From assembly GCA_963701295.1 (NCBI GenBank), contig OY969585.1, positions 896,001 through 960,000 on the forward strand: a stretch of DNA of 64,000 nt. Direction: 5' to 3'. The position numbers and the translations under genes are program-made. The notes beneath the pieces are model-generated. The model was not told the DNA's origin and did no database searches. It worked only from the letters and a program-made list of their open reading frames with translations. How positions within the stretch are numbered: position 1 is the first letter of the stretch; every line of letters begins with the position of its first letter. This stretch comes from Ignavibacteriota bacterium (GTDB lineage Bacteria; Bacteroidota; Ignavibacteria; UBA10030). Below, one piece after another: positions 43,573 to 53,507 of this stretch.

Positions 43573-45621
43573 ATGGAACAAAGCAGCACCGATAGTTCTT
43601 CAGATGTTGATCCCTCATCTATTAGCGATGATTCAGAAAAAAGATTTTTTACTAAAGTAAAACGTGCCATTCTCGGCGCACCGCGCAGTATTAAGGACCC
43701 GGGAGTTTTTCATCAAATTTCCCTCATCGCATTTCTTGCATGGGTTGGCTTAGGTGCAGACGGACTTTCTTCTTCGTCTTACGGACCGGATGAATCATTC
43801 CGAGCCCTAGAAGGCCATGCGTATCTTTGTATTGCATTGGCGTTAGCAACTGCCTTTACAGTGTTTATCATTTCTTATGCTTATTCCCGCATTATCGAAC
43901 ACTTTCCATACGGCGGCGGCGGTTACGTCGTTGCAAGCAGACTACTTGGAAAACATTTTGGCGTTGTTTCCGGATCTGCATTGTTAGTTGATTATGTTCT
44001 GACTATTTCAGTATCTGTTGCAAGCGGCTTGGATCAAATATTCAGCATTCTTCCACCATACTGGCTGCAGTATAAACTTATAGCAGTGGCACTAGTGATC
44101 GGCCTTTTGATGATTCTAAATCTGCGCGGAATTAAAGAGTCAGTAACTATTTTGATGCCTATCTTCTTAGTATTCCTTGTTACGCATGTCATTCTCATAT
44201 TTGGCGGTATCGGATTGCATCTCACCGAAGCAACACAAGTCGCCGGCACAATGCACACAGATTTTTCGAACGGATTGAAAACACTTGGACTTCTTGGCAT
44301 GGCAAGTTTATTTGCACGCGCGTATTCGATGGGTGCAGGAACATATACCGGTATAGAAGCCGTATCCAACGGCATCCAGATCATGCGAGAGCCAAAGATC
44401 GACACCGCCAAGCGTACAATGGCATATATGGCAATATCCCTTGCCGTAACGGCAGGTGGAATTCTGTTATGTTATCTTCTTTTCCATGTTCAACCGGAAC
44501 CCGGTAAAACAATGAATGCAGTTCTATTAAATCGCTTCGCCGGCGGCTGGGTCATTGGAAATATTCCTGTTGGATGGTGGTTCGTTGTTATTACGCTTGC
44601 GTCTGAAGCGGCTTTACTATTTGTTGCCGCCCAAACCGGATTTATCGACGGCCCGCGCGTCATGGGGAATATGGCAACAGACTCATGGCTACCGCGCAGG
44701 TTTGCTTCGCTTTCTGAGCGATTAACAATGCAAAATGGAGTGGCTCTCATTTCAGTTGCGGCTATTCTTACTTTGGTAGTTACCAAAGGCAATACATCTA
44801 CACTTGTGCTGATGTATTCGATTAATGTGTTTTTGACTTTTTCACTTTCGGAAATGGGAATGGTGAGATATTGGATCAAGAACCGCGAAAAATATCCCGA
44901 TTGGTCGAAACATATAATAATTCACTTAATCGGTCTTGTATTGTGTCTTTCAATTTTGACCGTGAGCATATTTGAAAAGTTCGCAGTCGGCGGGTGGGTA
45001 ACATTAGTCATTACAACCCTCCTTATTCTGCTCTGTCTCAGAGTCAAGCGCCACTATAACAAAGTCGGGGATCACCTTAAACGACTTGATGATGTTCTTA
45101 CGGATATTCCTACAATGGAAGGGTGGGTTCAGACAAAAACGATCCCAAACGCAAATACAGCCGTCCTCATGGTGAAGGAATACGGCGGATTGGGAATTCA
45201 TTCATTTCTTTCCATTCAGCGTCTTTTCCCGAACCACTTCAAAAATATGATTTTTATTTCTGTTGTGAGCCTAGATGCAAGCACTTTAAAAGGAAAGAAT
45301 GAATTGGACGAGATGAGAGAAGAGCAGAAAAAACATCTTGAAAAATACGTCAAGTTTGCAAATCAATTAGGGTTTAACTCTGATTACCGAATTGCTGAAG
45401 GAACCGACGTTATAGAAGAAATAGAAAAATTATCGGCGCAGGTTGCAAAAGAATTTCCACATTCCATTTTCTTCGCTGGCAAGCTGGTGTTTGAGCGTGA
45501 ACATTGGTACCAGCGGATTCTTCACAACGAAACGGCATATGCGATCCAGCGGCGCTTACAATTTGCGGCATTAAATTGTATGGTTTTGCCGGTTCGTGTC
45601 TTTGCCACAAACAAAGCATAA
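43573..45621 (+). CDS. APC-superfamily permease, YdaO/KimA-like
   Basis: Motifs ADGLSSSSYGP, GGGGYVVA, DYVLTISVSVASG, NLRG.KES, TGIEAVSNG and DGPR, plus a soluble C-terminal domain. Start set at ATG 43573. Confidence 0.85.
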   Translation: MEQSSTDSSSDVDPSSISDDSEKRFFTKVKRAILGAPRSIKDPGVFHQISLIAFLAWVGLGADGLSSSSYGPDESFRALEGHAYLCIALALATAFTVFIISYAYSRIIEHFPYGGGGYVVASRLLGKHFGVVSGSALLVDYVLTISVSVASGLDQIFSILPPYWLQYKLIAVALVIGLLMILNLRGIKESVTILMPIFLVFLVTHVILIFGGIGLHLTEATQVAGTMHTDFSNGLKTLGLLGMASLFARAYSMGAGTYTGIEAVSNGIQIMREPKIDTAKRTMAYMAISLAVTAGGILLCYLLFHVQPEPGKTMNAVLLNRFAGGWVIGNIPVGWWFVVITLASEAALLFVAAQTGFIDGPRVMGNMATDSWLPRRFASLSERLTMQNGVALISVAAILTLVVTKGNTSTLVLMYSINVFLTFSLSEMGMVRYWIKNREKYPDWSKHIIIHLIGLVLCLSILTVSIFEKFAVGGWVTLVITTLLILLCLRVKRHYNKVGDHLKRLDDVLTDIPTMEGWVQTKTIPNANTAVLMVKEYGGLGIHSFLSIQRLFPNHFKNMIFISVVSLDASTLKGKNELDEMREEQKKHLEKYVKFANQLGFNSDYRIAEGTDVIEEIEKLSAQVAKEFPHSIFFAGKLVFEREHWYQRILHNETAYAIQRRLQFAALNCMVLPVRVFATNKA

Positions 45622-45644
45622 AAATTTCATTCCTTTGATAAAAG

Positions 45645-45678
45645 AAAGGAGCGGGGTTTCCCTTGCTCCTTTTTGTTT
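45645..45678 (+). terminator. Rho-independent terminator
   Basis: AAAGGAGC...GCTCCTTT followed by a T-rich tail. Confidence 0.75.
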
Positions 45679-45709
45679 ATAATCCCACTAGTAATTAATC
45701 ATTCATTCC

Positions 45710-45763
45710 TTGCCATCGGGAACTATCCGTAGTATCTTGCTGTTAAATACTTTGAATTTAAAG
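45710..45763 (+). promoter_or_regulatory. sigma70-like promoter and candidate MarR operator
   Basis: TTGCCA-N17-TATCTT (45710-45738). Near-palindrome CTTTGAATTTAAAG (45750-45763) abuts the RBS. Confidence 0.6.
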
Positions 45764-45771
45764 GAGAAGCA

Positions 45772-46230
45772 ATGAAAACAACGAAACAATACGGAAAGAA
45801 AATCGATCTTGCCCTTTCTCTATGGGTAAAATTGGTACGGGCGCACGCTACATTCAGCCATCTGACTGCTGCGAACATTCATACATTTAATCTCACACCG
45901 GCGCAATTTGGTGTTGTCGAATGCCTCGGCCATCTTGGACCGATGCTCATTGGCGATCTGACCAAAAAGCATCTTGTCAGTGGCGGCAATATGACTGTTG
46001 TCGTGGATAATCTGGAAAAAGAGGGAATCGTACGGCGATCCATCAGCAAAAAAGATAGGCGCGCATTTTATGTCCAATTAACGCTAAAAGGCAAACGCTT
46101 GTTTAACCAGATTTTTATCCAGCATGCGGAATACGTGGCAAAATTGGCATCCGTACTCACAGAAACTGAACAAACCGAACTTGGATCTCTCCTGAAAAAG
46201 CTCGGCACAGAATTAGGAGTTGTTAGCTAA
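45772..46230 (+). CDS. MarR family regulator (MhqR-like)
   Basis: LTPAQFGVVECL, SGGNMTVVVDNLEKEGIV and DRR...LT..G. Confidence 0.92.
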   Translation: MKTTKQYGKKIDLALSLWVKLVRAHATFSHLTAANIHTFNLTPAQFGVVECLGHLGPMLIGDLTKKHLVSGGNMTVVVDNLEKEGIVRRSISKKDRRAFYVQLTLKGKRLFNQIFIQHAEYVAKLASVLTETEQTELGSLLKKLGTELGVVS

Positions 46231-46247
46231 ATTTTTAATATCAGTAG

Positions 46248-46274
46248 TTGAAGTTTGAAACTTTTAAACTTCAA
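46248..46274. promoter_or_regulatory. Perfect 9-bp inverted repeat, candidate operator
   Basis: TTGAAGTTT-N9-AAACTTCAA between marR and the FMN reductase gene. Confidence 0.55.
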
Positions 46275-46308
46275 TCAGTGTTTTACATAGTATACAGAAG
46301 ACAGCAGC

Positions 46309-46899
46309 ATGACAATTCGACCGTTACATATTCTCGCGATCTCCGGCAGCTTGCGAACCGAATCGTTCAACCGGAAAGCACTTCAGATTTCTAAAAGGAT
46401 GGCATCTGAACAGGGCGCGGATGTCCAAGAGATGGATTTAAAAATACTTGCCTTGCCGGTATTCGATGAAGACCTGCGAGCACACGGATTTCCTGAATCT
46501 GTTGTAACACTTAAACAGGCAATTGAAGCGGCAGACGTTCTTCTAATCGCAACTCCTGAATATAATCACTCAATAGCTGGTCCATTAAAAAATGCCATTG
46601 ATTGGGCTTCTGATAAAACAAATCCTTTTTCAGGAAAAACAGCGGCTGTATTCGGTGCATCAAATGGTTTGAATGGCACACTTCGCGCACAGATCCATCT
46701 TCGACAAGTCTTAGCGGCATTGAATGTTGAAGTCGTGCCTCAGCCGCAAATATTTATTCGCTCAGCGCAGGAAGTCTTTTTGCCGGATGGTTCGCTGGTT
46801 GATTCGAAGCTTATGAATCAGTTGCACTTATTGATTCGGGAAACTCTTAAACTGGCCCTGCGTAAAAAAGAAAACAAAATAAATGTTCTCAACAAATAG
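46309..46899 (+). CDS. NAD(P)H-dependent FMN reductase (ChrR/SsuE family)
   Basis: Motifs GSLRTESFN, TPEYNHS and LKNAIDW. Confidence 0.92.
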   Translation: MTIRPLHILAISGSLRTESFNRKALQISKRMASEQGADVQEMDLKILALPVFDEDLRAHGFPESVVTLKQAIEAADVLLIATPEYNHSIAGPLKNAIDWASDKTNPFSGKTAAVFGASNGLNGTLRAQIHLRQVLAALNVEVVPQPQIFIRSAQEVFLPDGSLVDSKLMNQLHLLIRETLKLALRKKENKINVLNK

Positions 46900-46914
46900 A
46901 AAAGGAAATTCTTT

Positions 46915-47286
46915 ATGGAAACGGCACTTTTATACATCGGAAGGATAATATTCGGAGGTTATTTCATTTTTGGGGCCGTTAATCATTTTACAAAGCTTGA
47001 GATGATGTCTGGCTATGCAAAATCCAAAGGTGCTCCATCTCCAAGGTTATCCGTCGCTTTTTCAGGATTGCTCTTATTGATAGGCGGTGCAAGCGTGCTT
47101 TTTAATATATTTTCAACTATTGGATTTCTTTCACTCATCCTTTTTCTTGTTCCGGTTACATTAATTATGCATGCACCATGGAAAGTTGAGGATCCGCAAG
47201 CAAAAACGAGCGAAACAATAAACTTCATAAAAAATTTCGCTTTGGTCGGTGCAGTATTAATTCTCCTTGCATATACACTTGCATAA
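46915..47286 (+). CDS. DoxX family membrane protein
   Basis: GRIIFGGYF, four TM helices, H..W and F.KN.AL.G. Confidence 0.85.
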   Translation: METALLYIGRIIFGGYFIFGAVNHFTKLEMMSGYAKSKGAPSPRLSVAFSGLLLLIGGASVLFNIFSTIGFLSLILFLVPVTLIMHAPWKVEDPQAKTSETINFIKNFALVGAVLILLAYTLA

Positions 47287-47338
47287 AAAAATTTAAGGCG
47301 CAACATGACAAGTGCAATCGTAAAAAAGGTTATTATCT

Positions 47339-47635
47339 ATGAATGAATACATGATCATCGTTAAATTTATCGTAGCGGTTAACGAAGAATTTGCATCTCT
47401 CATTCCGAGTCAGCGGACCGAGGTGAGCCGGTTGATGGAAAAAGGGATTCTGACAAGTTATAGTTTGTCATCGGATCGTGAGACATTATGGATAACACTC
47501 CTTGCAACATCGTCGGAGGCTGTTGAGACAACGCTCAAGATGATGCCATTATACAAATTTATGCAGTACGAAATTGTCGAATTGATGTTCCATAATAATC
47601 CAGTCTATACACCGATGCATTTTTCTATGAACTAA
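47339..47635 (+). CDS. Muconolactone-isomerase-like (YciI-fold) small protein
   Basis: LIPSQR..V..LMEKG.L.SY.LS.DR..LW and .PL..FM pattern. Confidence 0.6.
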   Translation: MNEYMIIVKFIVAVNEEFASLIPSQRTEVSRLMEKGILTSYSLSSDRETLWITLLATSSEAVETTLKMMPLYKFMQYEIVELMFHNNPVYTPMHFSMN

Positions 47636-47696
47636 CTATTCACAAAACTTTAAAAGTATTTCAACCCAATCAATCATTTATTATAGAGGTTCTGCC

Positions 47697-48275
47697 ATGA
47701 AAAGAGTAGTAGTTGTTTTTATTGCCATCTTAGTTGTGACTGCACTTGTAACAGCACAATCTGAGTGGAAGTTTGACAAAGTCCATTCCAGTGTCACGTT
47801 TAGCGTGAAGCATATGGTCATTTCCAATGTATCGGGTAACTTTAAGGATTTTTCGGTTGTCCTGAAATCCGAGAAAGATGACTTCTCAGACGCGACGGTA
47901 GAAGGTACAATTCAAGTTGCAAGCATCAGCACAGACAACGATTATCGGGATAAGCACTTGAAGTCGGATGATTTTTTCAATGCCGAAAAATTTCCGGAGA
48001 TCAAATTCAAGAGCACAAAATTTGAAAAACTCAGCGATAACAAATATAAAATCACCGGTGATCTCACGATGCGCGATGTGACAAAGGAAGTAACCTTCGA
48101 TGCGGTCTTAAACGGAACACTCAAAACAGATAAAGGTTTGCTCTCGGCGTGGAAAGCAACAACGACGATAAACAGGTTTGACTATAATCTAAAATGGAAT
48201 AAAACCATCGAAACTGGCGGTCTTATGGTTGGGCAAGATGTTACGATAACACTCAATTTAGAACTGAACAAGTAG
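47697..48275 (+). CDS. YceI family polyisoprenoid-binding periplasmic protein
   Basis: Signal peptide, WKFDKVHSSVTFSVKHM, RDKHLKSDDFF and GDLTMRDVT. Confidence 0.92.
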   Translation: MKRVVVVFIAILVVTALVTAQSEWKFDKVHSSVTFSVKHMVISNVSGNFKDFSVVLKSEKDDFSDATVEGTIQVASISTDNDYRDKHLKSDDFFNAEKFPEIKFKSTKFEKLSDNKYKITGDLTMRDVTKEVTFDAVLNGTLKTDKGLLSAWKATTTINRFDYNLKWNKTIETGGLMVGQDVTITLNLELNK

Positions 48276-48292
48276 TACCCTCGCCTCACAAT

Positions 48293-48341
48293 GATGGAGT
48301 CCGCCTTTACCTCGTTAGGCGCGGGCTCCATCTCTTTCCTT
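48293..48341 (+). terminator. Hairpin/terminator after the YceI gene
   Basis: GATGGAGTCCGC...GCGGGCTCCATC followed by a pyrimidine tract. Confidence 0.6.
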
Positions 48342-48568
48342 TCTATTCTATCATAAATATCCGAAAGAACTCCTTTTCTCTGTAACCGATAAAACGCCTT
48401 AAACCAATCGGCGGGGTATTGGATCCAAAATGGATAAAAGAAAAGGATATGAGGGGTTGCTATTGCTGTAGCCAATGGTTAATTTCTTCGCAGAGTGTCA
48501 TCGGAAGATTTTATCCCAAAAAGACAATCTTCAAGTGTTTTTCTTGAAGAGAATAAAGGAACTTTGCG

Positions 48569-49678
48569 ATGAAGCGCCTAACGATTAAACGAATTGCTAT
48601 TACTACAGGCGGCGGCGACGCTCCGGGACTCAATGCAGTAATCCGTGCAGTGGTGGTTTCTACAGTCAATCGCGGGTGGGAATGTTTCGGTATTCGCGAT
48701 GGTTACAATGGACTACTGGAACCAAAAAAATATCCCGAAGGTGGGCTAATTCCTTTGCCCAAATCGAAAGTACGAGGCATTACCCACCTTGGCGGAACAA
48801 TTCTTGGCACCACCAACAAAGGCAATCCGTTGCAATGGCCAATGAAAGGAAAAGACGGCAAGCTTCATGAAACCGATCGCACCGACGAACTGCTGAAAGC
48901 ATTCAAAAAAAACAAGATCGATGCGCTTGTTGCCGTCGGTGGTGATGGTTCTCTTGGAATCGCAAATATTCTGGCACAAAAAGGATTGCGCGTGGTCGGC
49001 GTACCTAAGACTATTGACAATGATCTTGATAAAACCGTCATAACATTTGGATTTGATACAGCAGTATCTTTTGCCACAACGTGCATCGACCGCCTGCACA
49101 CAACAGCAGAATCGCATCAACGTGTCATGGTAGTGGAAGTAATGGGTCGATATGCCGGTTGGATCGCATTGGAAAGCGGTGTCTCCAGTACGGCGGATGT
49201 TATTCTCATTCCGGAAATTCCATACGATATTCACAAGATTGCAGAGAAAATTGAAGAGCGTGAAAAGTCCGGTGCAAAATTTTCTATTGTTGTAGTTGCA
49301 GAAGGAGCTAAACCAAAAGGTGGATCATTTTCTGTGGTCTCGAAAGAAATCGGGCGGGCTGAAAAGCTTGGCGGTGCCGGTGAGCGCGTCGCAAAAGAGA
49401 TTTATGAGATTACAGGCAAAGAGACACGTTGTGTGGTGCTGGGTCATTTGCTCCGCGGTGGAACTCCAACAACGTTCGATCGTCTTATTTCACTTCGCTT
49501 TGGAGCTGCTGCAGTGCGCGCTCTGGCGGAAGGACAAAACGGTGTCATGGTCGCACTCGATCCGCCAACGGTTCGCTATGTACCATTGGCCGAAGCCACT
49601 AACCGAATGAAAACTGTTCCGATCAATTGTGATATTATTATGACTGCGCGTGATTTAGGAGTCAGTTTTGGAGATTGA
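48569..49678 (+). CDS. pfkA: 6-phosphofructokinase (PfkA family, mixed-substrate group)
   Basis: Motifs TGGGDAPGLN, GGTILGT, GGDGS, PKTIDND and EVMGR. Confidence 0.93.
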   Translation: MKRLTIKRIAITTGGGDAPGLNAVIRAVVVSTVNRGWECFGIRDGYNGLLEPKKYPEGGLIPLPKSKVRGITHLGGTILGTTNKGNPLQWPMKGKDGKLHETDRTDELLKAFKKNKIDALVAVGGDGSLGIANILAQKGLRVVGVPKTIDNDLDKTVITFGFDTAVSFATTCIDRLHTTAESHQRVMVVEVMGRYAGWIALESGVSSTADVILIPEIPYDIHKIAEKIEEREKSGAKFSIVVVAEGAKPKGGSFSVVSKEIGRAEKLGGAGERVAKEIYEITGKETRCVVLGHLLRGGTPTTFDRLISLRFGAAAVRALAEGQNGVMVALDPPTVRYVPLAEATNRMKTVPINCDIIMTARDLGVSFGD

Positions 49679-49784
49679 ATGCTAAAGTGCAAACAATAAA
49701 TCCCAAAAAACAAAACAAACATTTTTCATATTTTCCATTCGGTATAAATCAGAGAGCCATCAAGCAATTATCGGAGATACTACA

Positions 49785-51362
49785 ATGACGACGCCAACAG
49801 ACAATGCCCGTCCAGAACGTACACAGGCAGATATCATATATGAACAGGCGATCTTGTTGGATTCTGCACTCGATCCCATTATCGTGCGAGATCTAAACGA
49901 TAATCTCGTTTTCTGGAATAAAGCAGCAGAGCATTTGTATGGTTGGACGTTCGAAGAGGCAAAGTCATTGCAAATTCATCAACTGATTGCGATGGAGGAT
50001 CACTCAAAATATGAGCGGGGAAGAAAAGAATTTGCAGAGAAAGGGGAATGTGCGATCGAGCTGCGCCAAAAAGCAAAAAACGGTCGGACAATTATAACAC
50101 ATTCCCGATGGTCTGTTGCACGAAACAGAGATGGAAATCCTTATGGCCGGCTCATTATTACGCGCGATATTACAGAACAGCGGAATCTTGAAGCTCAACT
50201 TCGCCGTGCACAGCGCATGGAAAGCTTGGGAACGCTGGCAGGCGGCATTGCGCATGATCTCAATAATGTGCTGGCACCGATTCTTATGTCCGTCCAAATA
50301 TTGAATACGAAAATTACTGACCCAAATCTAAAAAAACTCATTGCAGCACTTGAAACCAGCACGAAGCGTGGCAGCGATATTATTAAACAAGTGCTAACCT
50401 TTGCGCGAGGTACTGAAAAAGATTTTGCACCTCAACAATTACGATATATTATATCGGAAATCGAAGCCATTATTAGACAAACATTCCCTAAGAATATCCA
50501 ACTCCGCACCGGAGTTTCAAAAGATCTTTCACTGGTGTTAGGTGATGCAACCCAATTGAATCAAGTACTGATGAATCTCTGCATTAATGCGCGCGATGCC
50601 ATGCCTGAAGGCGGTCGTTTAACTGTGACTGCTGAAGATATGTACATGGACGAAAGTTATGCCCATTTGATACTTGATGCCCACCCGGGTCAATATGTTA
50701 TGCTCACTGTTGCGGATACTGGAACGGGAATTCCCTTAGATGTACAGGAAAAGGTTTTTGAGCCATTCTTTACGACAAAGGAGAGAGGGAAAGGTACGGG
50801 ACTTGGTTTGTCTTCCGTCTATACTATTGTGAAATCACACAATGGACTTATTAAATTGTACAGCGAGTATGGCAAAGGGACGGAACTTAAGATCTTTCTG
50901 CCTGCGACCCAACAGAAAGAACGAAAGCTCGAGTCTGCCTCAGATAAAGAACTCTTGAGGGGCCACGGAGAACGTATTCTTGTTATTGACGATGAACTCT
51001 TCGTATTACAGATATCGAAAGAAGTATTGGAGGTTCAAGGGTATAGTGTAGTCACAGCAATGGATGGAGCGGAAGCGACCGCTCTTTATGCCAGCGCAGA
51101 AAAAGGCTCTATTCAGCTTGTTATAACCGATATGAACATGCCGCTCATGGACGGTTCATCGACTATCAGAGCGCTGAGAAGGCTTGATCCGGATCTCAAG
51201 ATTGTTGTGTCCAGCGGCCTTTTAACCAATGTGAATTCCGCAGGATTGGGGGGTCTCGATACTCAAGGGTATCTTACAAAACCTTATACAGCCGAACAGC
51301 TTCTTTTTATGGTGCAGAAAGTTTTAAATGAAAAAAACAGTACAGAACCAAATAAGAGTTGA
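49785..51362 (+). CDS. PAS-domain hybrid histidine kinase/receiver (CckA-like)
   Basis: PAS (WNKAAE.LYGW), [31 protein letters not shown] and a receiver domain with D..MP and KPY. Confidence 0.92.
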   Translation: MTTPTDNARPERTQADIIYEQAILLDSALDPIIVRDLNDNLVFWNKAAEHLYGWTFEEAKSLQIHQLIAMEDHSKYERGRKEFAEKGECAIELRQKAKNGRTIITHSRWSVARNRDGNPYGRLIITRDITEQRNLEAQLRRAQRMESLGTLAGGIAHDLNNVLAPILMSVQILNTKITDPNLKKLIAALETSTKRGSDIIKQVLTFARGTEKDFAPQQLRYIISEIEAIIRQTFPKNIQLRTGVSKDLSLVLGDATQLNQVLMNLCINARDAMPEGGRLTVTAEDMYMDESYAHLILDAHPGQYVMLTVADTGTGIPLDVQEKVFEPFFTTKERGKGTGLGLSSVYTIVKSHNGLIKLYSEYGKGTELKIFLPATQQKERKLESASDKELLRGHGERILVIDDELFVLQISKEVLEVQGYSVVTAMDGAEATALYASAEKGSIQLVITDMNMPLMDGSSTIRALRRLDPDLKIVVSSGLLTNVNSAGLGGLDTQGYLTKPYTAEQLLFMVQKVLNEKNSTEPNKS

Positions 51363-51419
51363 TATCTTCAAATGTCACAAACCTTTCATAAGAATCAGAA
51401 TGAATATGTAAGGACAACA

Positions 51420-51908
51420 ATGCCGTTAAGAATTTTTATTACAGGCGGAACATTTGACAAAGAATATAATGAGCTGGATGGTAAGCTATTCTTTAAAGAT
51501 ACGCACTTACCGGAAATGCTGAAACTTGGCAGATGCAAAGTTCCAGTGGAGATTCGAACGCTGATGCTGGTAGATAGTCTTGAAATGACCGATACGGATC
51601 GTCAGATCATTGTGGAACAATGCCGAAAATGTAAAGAAGATCGAATTGTCATTACACATGGTACCGACACGATGGAAGAGACAGCAAGGGTTCTTGGTAA
51701 GAGTATCACGGATAAAACCGTTATTCTCACTGGTGCAATGGTCCCGTATAAATTTGGCAGTTCGGATGGACTATTTAATCTTGGCAGTGCGCTCGCATTT
51801 GCCGAGACACTTCCACACGGCGTCTATGTCGCAATGAATGGTCGCTGTTTTATGTGGGATAATGTGAAGAAGAACAAGAAGACCGGTGAGTTTGAAGAAC
51901 TTCGCTAA
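51420..51908 (+). CDS. Short asparaginase-domain protein (N-terminal domain only)
   Basis: Motifs TGGTFDK, HGTDTM, TGAM.P and SDGLFNLG. Confidence 0.85.
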   Translation: MPLRIFITGGTFDKEYNELDGKLFFKDTHLPEMLKLGRCKVPVEIRTLMLVDSLEMTDTDRQIIVEQCRKCKEDRIVITHGTDTMEETARVLGKSITDKTVILTGAMVPYKFGSSDGLFNLGSALAFAETLPHGVYVAMNGRCFMWDNVKKNKKTGEFEELR

Positions 51909-51930
51909 GGTAATTAAAATGAAGTGAAAT

Positions 51931-51957
51931 AGCCCGAGTTATTCGGGCTTTTTTTAT
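51931..51957 (+). terminator. Terminator between the asparaginase gene and the convergent tRNA
   Basis: AGCCCGAG-TTA-TTCGGGCT followed by a T run. Confidence 0.8.
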
Positions 51958-52035
51958 TGGTGGACGCTGTAGGGATCGAACCTACGACCTCCGCCTTGTA
52001 AGGGCGGCGCTCTGAACCAGCTGAGCTAAGCGTCC
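51958..52035 (-). tRNA. tRNA-Val(TAC) with encoded CCA
   Basis: GGACGCTTAGCTCAGCTGGTTCAGAGCGCCGCCCTTACAAGGCGGAGGTCGTAGGTTCGATCCCTACAGCGTCCACCA. Anticodon arm is CCGCC-CT TAC AA-GGCGG. Confidence 0.97.
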
Positions 52036-52050
52036 GATGATTTGTTTTAA

Positions 52051-52079
52051 AATTTACGCAATCTTGTCCCCTATTGCAA
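52051..52079 (-). promoter_or_regulatory. sigma70-like promoter of tRNA-Val
   Basis: TTGCAA-N17-TAAATT on the minus strand. Confidence 0.65.
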
Positions 52080-52265
52080 ATTTTGATTTTTTCTTCAACT
52101 TAACAATTTACGTTGTGAGAGTTGCACAACCTGTCATGTCTGTCGCAGCCCTTAATCGATGGAGTTGCCTTTGTACTCTGCCTTTCTTACTTTACATGCG
52201 CCTTGCAGAGAGTGCTTGCCCGAATGAATAGCATACTTGTATTAAGATAAGAAAAGGAAATACAC

Positions 52266-52670
52266 ATGAACCAAACACAGAACGATGAAACCGGATTATC
52301 TACGAAGATGGCGTTATGTCTTGCGGCAATGACGCTTGTAGGGATTGATGGAGAGTTTACAAAAGAGGAGTTGGAGAAACTCCGGACTCTTATTCATTCC
52401 GATGAAACTGCTTTTCTCAGAGCCTTTAGTTTTTATAACGAACGCCCTCTTGAAGTCTGTATGAAAGTCGTGGCAGCACGGTTGAACGAAGAACAAAAAC
52501 AGATAGCGTATCGCGTTTTATACGATCTTGCGCACGCGGATCAAGACCTTGCGAAGAGTGAGGAAGATCTCTTACAACAGTACGCAGCTGCATTCGGACT
52601 CGCTACTAATTTTATTGCATGGGTAAAGACCAAAAAAGATAAAAATTATGATTTAGCATTGTTTGAATAA
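52266..52670 (+). CDS. TerB-like domain protein
   Basis: IDGEFTKEE and AHADQDLAKSEEDLL repeats. Upstream TTGCCT-N17-TACTTT at 52165-52193. Confidence 0.75.
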   Translation: MNQTQNDETGLSTKMALCLAAMTLVGIDGEFTKEELEKLRTLIHSDETAFLRAFSFYNERPLEVCMKVVAARLNEEQKQIAYRVLYDLAHADQDLAKSEEDLLQQYAAAFGLATNFIAWVKTKKDKNYDLALFE

Positions 52671-52839
52671 CTCGCTTTCTGCATAATTTGAGACGATCCT
52701 TAATCCAAAAAACAAATAACCCCATATGGCATCTATCCCAATTAAACCTGCGTAAAAACGACATGTGTCATGATTGAATAGTTAAAGACAGTTCCTGAAC
52801 ACCGATTTTAGAAGCAAGTAGTAAAAAAATGTTAACACA

Positions 52840-53478
52840 ATGAAAGAACAACCAATACACACATTCATCGATCTCTCGCATCCTATCATTGACCGCATGC
52901 CAGTGTATCCAGGCGATGAATCGGCGCGACTTGAAAAGATCAACGACTTTGCGCGGGATGGATTCAACAATTTCTGCTTTACAAGCGGCATGCATACAAG
53001 CACACACATCGACGGGCCGATGCACATGACGGAATCTGACCGATTCATCGATGAACTTCCTTTGGATGGGTTTATAGGAGCAGGGTGCTTCTTGAATGCC
53101 GTCAGGATGAAGGTTATTCCATGTACTTCGGAGTTTACATCTGTAATTGTCCCGGAATGCATTGTCCTCATCTATACTGGATTCGGGAAACAATTTGGCA
53201 GCAAAGAATATTACAATGATCATCCTGTCATCAGCATGGAATTGGCGCAATTTCTTGTCGAGCAGAGGACCAAAATGATCTGTCTCGATACGCCGTCACC
53301 CGACAAGCATCCTTACGATATCCATACGTATCTTCTGAAGAATAACGTTCTTATCGCTGAAAATTTGACCGGCATGGAAAAACTTCTGACAGTCAAGAAG
53401 TTCGAAATCATAGCATTTCCATTGCGAATTCATGCCGATAGTTCGCCAGCGAGAATTGTTGCACGAATATTAGAGTGA
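52840..53478 (+). CDS. Cyclase family (kynurenine formamidase-like) metallohydrolase
   Basis: Motifs DLSHPI, YPGD, HTSTHIDGP.H, D..SPD and ENL. Confidence 0.88.
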   Translation: MKEQPIHTFIDLSHPIIDRMPVYPGDESARLEKINDFARDGFNNFCFTSGMHTSTHIDGPMHMTESDRFIDELPLDGFIGAGCFLNAVRMKVIPCTSEFTSVIVPECIVLIYTGFGKQFGSKEYYNDHPVISMELAQFLVEQRTKMICLDTPSPDKHPYDIHTYLLKNNVLIAENLTGMEKLLTVKKFEIIAFPLRIHADSSPARIVARILE

Positions 53479-53507
53479 ACCTATAGACAGCAGCACACAA
53501 TCGCGCA

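Noticed and set aside
48290-48335. Fluoride riboswitch (GATGGAGTCCGCC resembles the crcB motif start)
   Set aside because: P1 cannot pair and the 3' pseudoknot signature is missing. A simple terminator hairpin explains the sequence.
51958-52670. Genomic island integrated at tRNA-Val, or a ter stress cluster
   Set aside because: I saw no duplicated tRNA 3' end and no integrase, and the TerB-like gene is solitary.
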